Source: Candidatus Poribacteria bacterium (GTDB taxonomy: Bacteria > Poribacteria > WGA-4E > JAJDTR01). Taken from it: DNA of 64,000 nucleotides. The position numbers and the translations under genes were made by a program. Positions 62,462 through 64,000 of the stretch are shown in pieces. The stretch lies in assembly GCA_965222225.1 (NCBI GenBank), contig CBDCTK010000002.1, forward strand, positions 1,760,001-1,824,000, read 5' to 3'. Every line of letters starts with the position of its first letter. Positions within the stretch are counted from its first letter, which is position 1. The notes beneath the pieces were generated by a model. The model ran no database searches and was not told the origin of the DNA. It worked only from the letters and a program-made list of their open reading frames with translations.

Positions 62462-62821
62462 ATGAAAACCAAAGGAAAAGCAACCCGAGACATCATCACC
62501 GAACAAGAACTAATCAACACCTTCGGTCTAACCGTCAACCAGTTTTGGCAGAAATGCCAAGACGCTGGCGCAGCCATGCACAACCGACCGGTCATCATAT
62601 CCCAATAAGAACAAGCCCTCCTCCGTGAAGCGACTCAGATAGAGGAACAGATACAAAACGCTTTCGGAACAACCATCAAAGGCTTGTGGGAACATATCAA
62701 GTCGGCCGTCATGAACTCCGGCATCACTAACCTTCAATCGGTCATACTGTCCAAAACCGACCGAGAATTGTTAAGCCAAGCCCAGAAAGACCACAACGAT
62801 AAGTGGAACTCAATGCTCTAG
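62462..62821 (+). pseudogene. Insert ORF1: two-repeat small protein with an internal TAA (62606-62608)
   Basis: MKTKGKATRDIITEQELINTFGLTVNQFWQKCQDA...VIISQ*EQALLREATQIEEQIQNAFGTTIKGLWEHIKSA...VILSKTDRELLSQA; GGAG RBS. Confidence 0.65.
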
Positions 62822-62834
62822 GAAAGGAGAGACA

Positions 62835-63086
62835 GTGAACGAACTCACCCTAGGACTTATCATCGGATTCATAACAACCGCACTGCTACTAGCAGGATTA
62901 ATCTTAATCCACCTAACCGACGCAGACAACCGCCTCGACGAATTTCAGGCGCGGAAAGAACCACCGCCCGAAGAACAAACAGCCGAGACAACCGCAAAGC
63001 CGAAGAAGGAAGACGACAACACCGCCACCGGCGCAGTCATCATCAACCAAGTCCGAACTTCACGACGTAGCATCCTCGGATTTTAA
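62835..63086 (+). CDS. Insert ORF2: small single-TM hypothetical protein
   Basis: GGAAAGGAG RBS; hydrophobic N-terminus and charged tail. Confidence 0.7.
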   Translation: MNELTLGLIIGFITTALLLAGLILIHLTDADNRLDEFQARKEPPPEEQTAETTAKPKKEDDNTATGAVIINQVRTSRRSILGF

Positions 63087-63104
63087 CCCAAAAGGAGACC
63101 CCCT

Positions 63105-63458
63105 ATGTGGTACGAAACTGAACACGGAGATTTAGTCAACCTCAACCAAGCTAAATTCATTGAGATAGTCCCGCAATGGAAAGAGATCCCCAGCAACGAC
63201 ATAGACGTGCTTATGAGTACCCCCAACGAAATAGAGTGTTGGAAGGTACGAGCAGTCAACGACGACGACAGCATAACCCTTTTCAAGGGAACTCAAATCG
63301 AATGCGTCCGAGCCAAAGCCATCATACGCGACGGCTTACGAACCGATACACACAACTTCCTTGACCAAAACGACATAACCAACACCGTCAAAGAGCACAC
63401 CGAAACATATTGCAAAGTCTGTGATACCGACCCTTGCGAAGGGCACGCAGCCGGATAA
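63105..63458 (+). CDS. Insert ORF3: hypothetical phage-like protein with C-terminal CxxC...C
   Basis: AAAGGAG RBS; MWYETEHGDLVNL, YCKVCDTDPC. Confidence 0.7.
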   Translation: MWYETEHGDLVNLNQAKFIEIVPQWKEIPSNDIDVLMSTPNEIECWKVRAVNDDDSITLFKGTQIECVRAKAIIRDGLRTDTHNFLDQNDITNTVKEHTETYCKVCDTDPCEGHAAG

Positions 63459-63480
63459 TCCCCGGAAAGGAAACCGACCA

Positions 63481-63777
63481 ATGGACGTACGCGACCTAAT
63501 CATCGACATGACCGAACACAGCATGGATAGCCAAGTCGTAGTCATACGAGACGGCAAACGCTACGAAATTTCGGGAAGTAACCTCGAATATGGTCCAGAA
63601 GGCTACGAAGCCGTCCTCACACTCAACTTCCTAAATGAGGTAGGCGAACCAAAGTCATTCACGTACTACATGCTCAAGGCAGTCCATTTCATACAGAAGA
63701 AGCACATCATTGCACGTATAGCCGAATGCTCTATGGAACTGGAAAATTGGCGAGTTTGTTGGAAAGATGTTAAGTGA
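63481..63777 (+). CDS. Insert ORF4, truncated by the right junction (last ~15 codons are out-of-frame WD40 DNA)
   Basis: GAAAGGAA RBS; MDVRDLIIDMTEHSMDSQVVV. Confidence 0.6.
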   Translation: MDVRDLIIDMTEHSMDSQVVVIRDGKRYEISGSNLEYGPEGYEAVLTLNFLNEVGEPKSFTYYMLKAVHFIQKKHIIARIAECSMELENWRVCWKDVK

Positions 63778-64000
63778 ACGACGGCCCTGGATGCGATTCA
63801 GCCGAGGTGATAGCTATATAATCCATTCGCGCTTCCCCGGGGATCACGCTTCGGTTTTTAGCCAGGATGGTCGTTTTCTCATCGTTGCGTCAAAACGTCC
63901 GGATATTGAGTTGTGGAATGTGGAAACACGCCGTTTGGAAGGCCACTTTCAAGGTCACCCCGATGACGATGACTGGGTTGGGGGTGTAGTCATCAGTCCG

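Larger units (their letters stand above)
62446..63730 (+). mobile_element. Foreign, phage-like insertion with no integrase or transposase
   Basis: Abrupt A/C-rich, T/G-poor composition; four co-oriented small ORFs with strong RBSs; CT at both junctions. Confidence 0.8.
62026..64000 (+). pseudogene. Secreted WD40-repeat protein interrupted by a 1285-bp insertion; continues past window end
   Basis: 5' part ...VNVWDV...AFSP...DDEIH(62445); 3' part (63731)LWNWKIGEFVGKM...VFSQDGRFL....IELWNVET...FQGH, open to 64000. Confidence 0.85.

Noticed and set aside
8911-62608. Stop-codon reassignment or selenocysteine explaining in-frame stops
   Set aside because: The interrupting codons are mixed (TAG, TGA, TGA, TAA), and all three stops terminate normal genes; decay is the simpler explanation
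62446-63730. Self-splicing intron, intein or autonomous IS in the WD40 gene
   Set aside because: The length is not a multiple of three; there is no GUGYG...AY boundary, RT, homing endonuclease or transposase; ORF4 is cut by the junction
1-64000. Numerous antisense or overlapping ORFs in the six-frame track; tRNA/rRNA genes
   Set aside because: These are shadow ORFs of well-supported genes; no cloverleaf or rRNA signature was seen

Overview
This is a gene-dense bacterial chromosome segment. Its gene content (PorV-like barrel, PorX/PglZ regulators, PhyH, WD40, trypsin-TPR, BatA/VWA, many small palindromic elements) resembles Ca. Poribacteria or a similar FCB/PVC-neighbouring diderm; this placement is inference only. 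The backbone carries mutS, a histidine kinase plus PorX-like pair, rng-rplU-rpmA...obgE-proB-proA, nadC, iscS-mrp, glcD-glcE, a second PorX-like gene, dsbD and a sigma54-preceded TonB receptor. Three things stand out. (1) A 1285-bp, strongly A/C-skewed, phage-like four-ORF fragment with no recombinase gene sits inside a WD40 gene, with only CT shared at the junctions; removing it restores the reading frame exactly. (2) About 9.7 kb of largely decaying accessory DNA separates rpmA from obgE and includes a diverged second hicB-obgE(5') block, suggesting additive integration anchored on obgE. (3) There are two REC-PglZ (PorX-like) paralogues, one translationally coupled to a kinase with an apparently duplicated sensor region and one to a NUDIX gene. 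At least three families of MITE/REP-like elements are visible, including one nested in an IS1 transposase with a TA duplication. No rRNA, tRNA or CRISPR array was seen.
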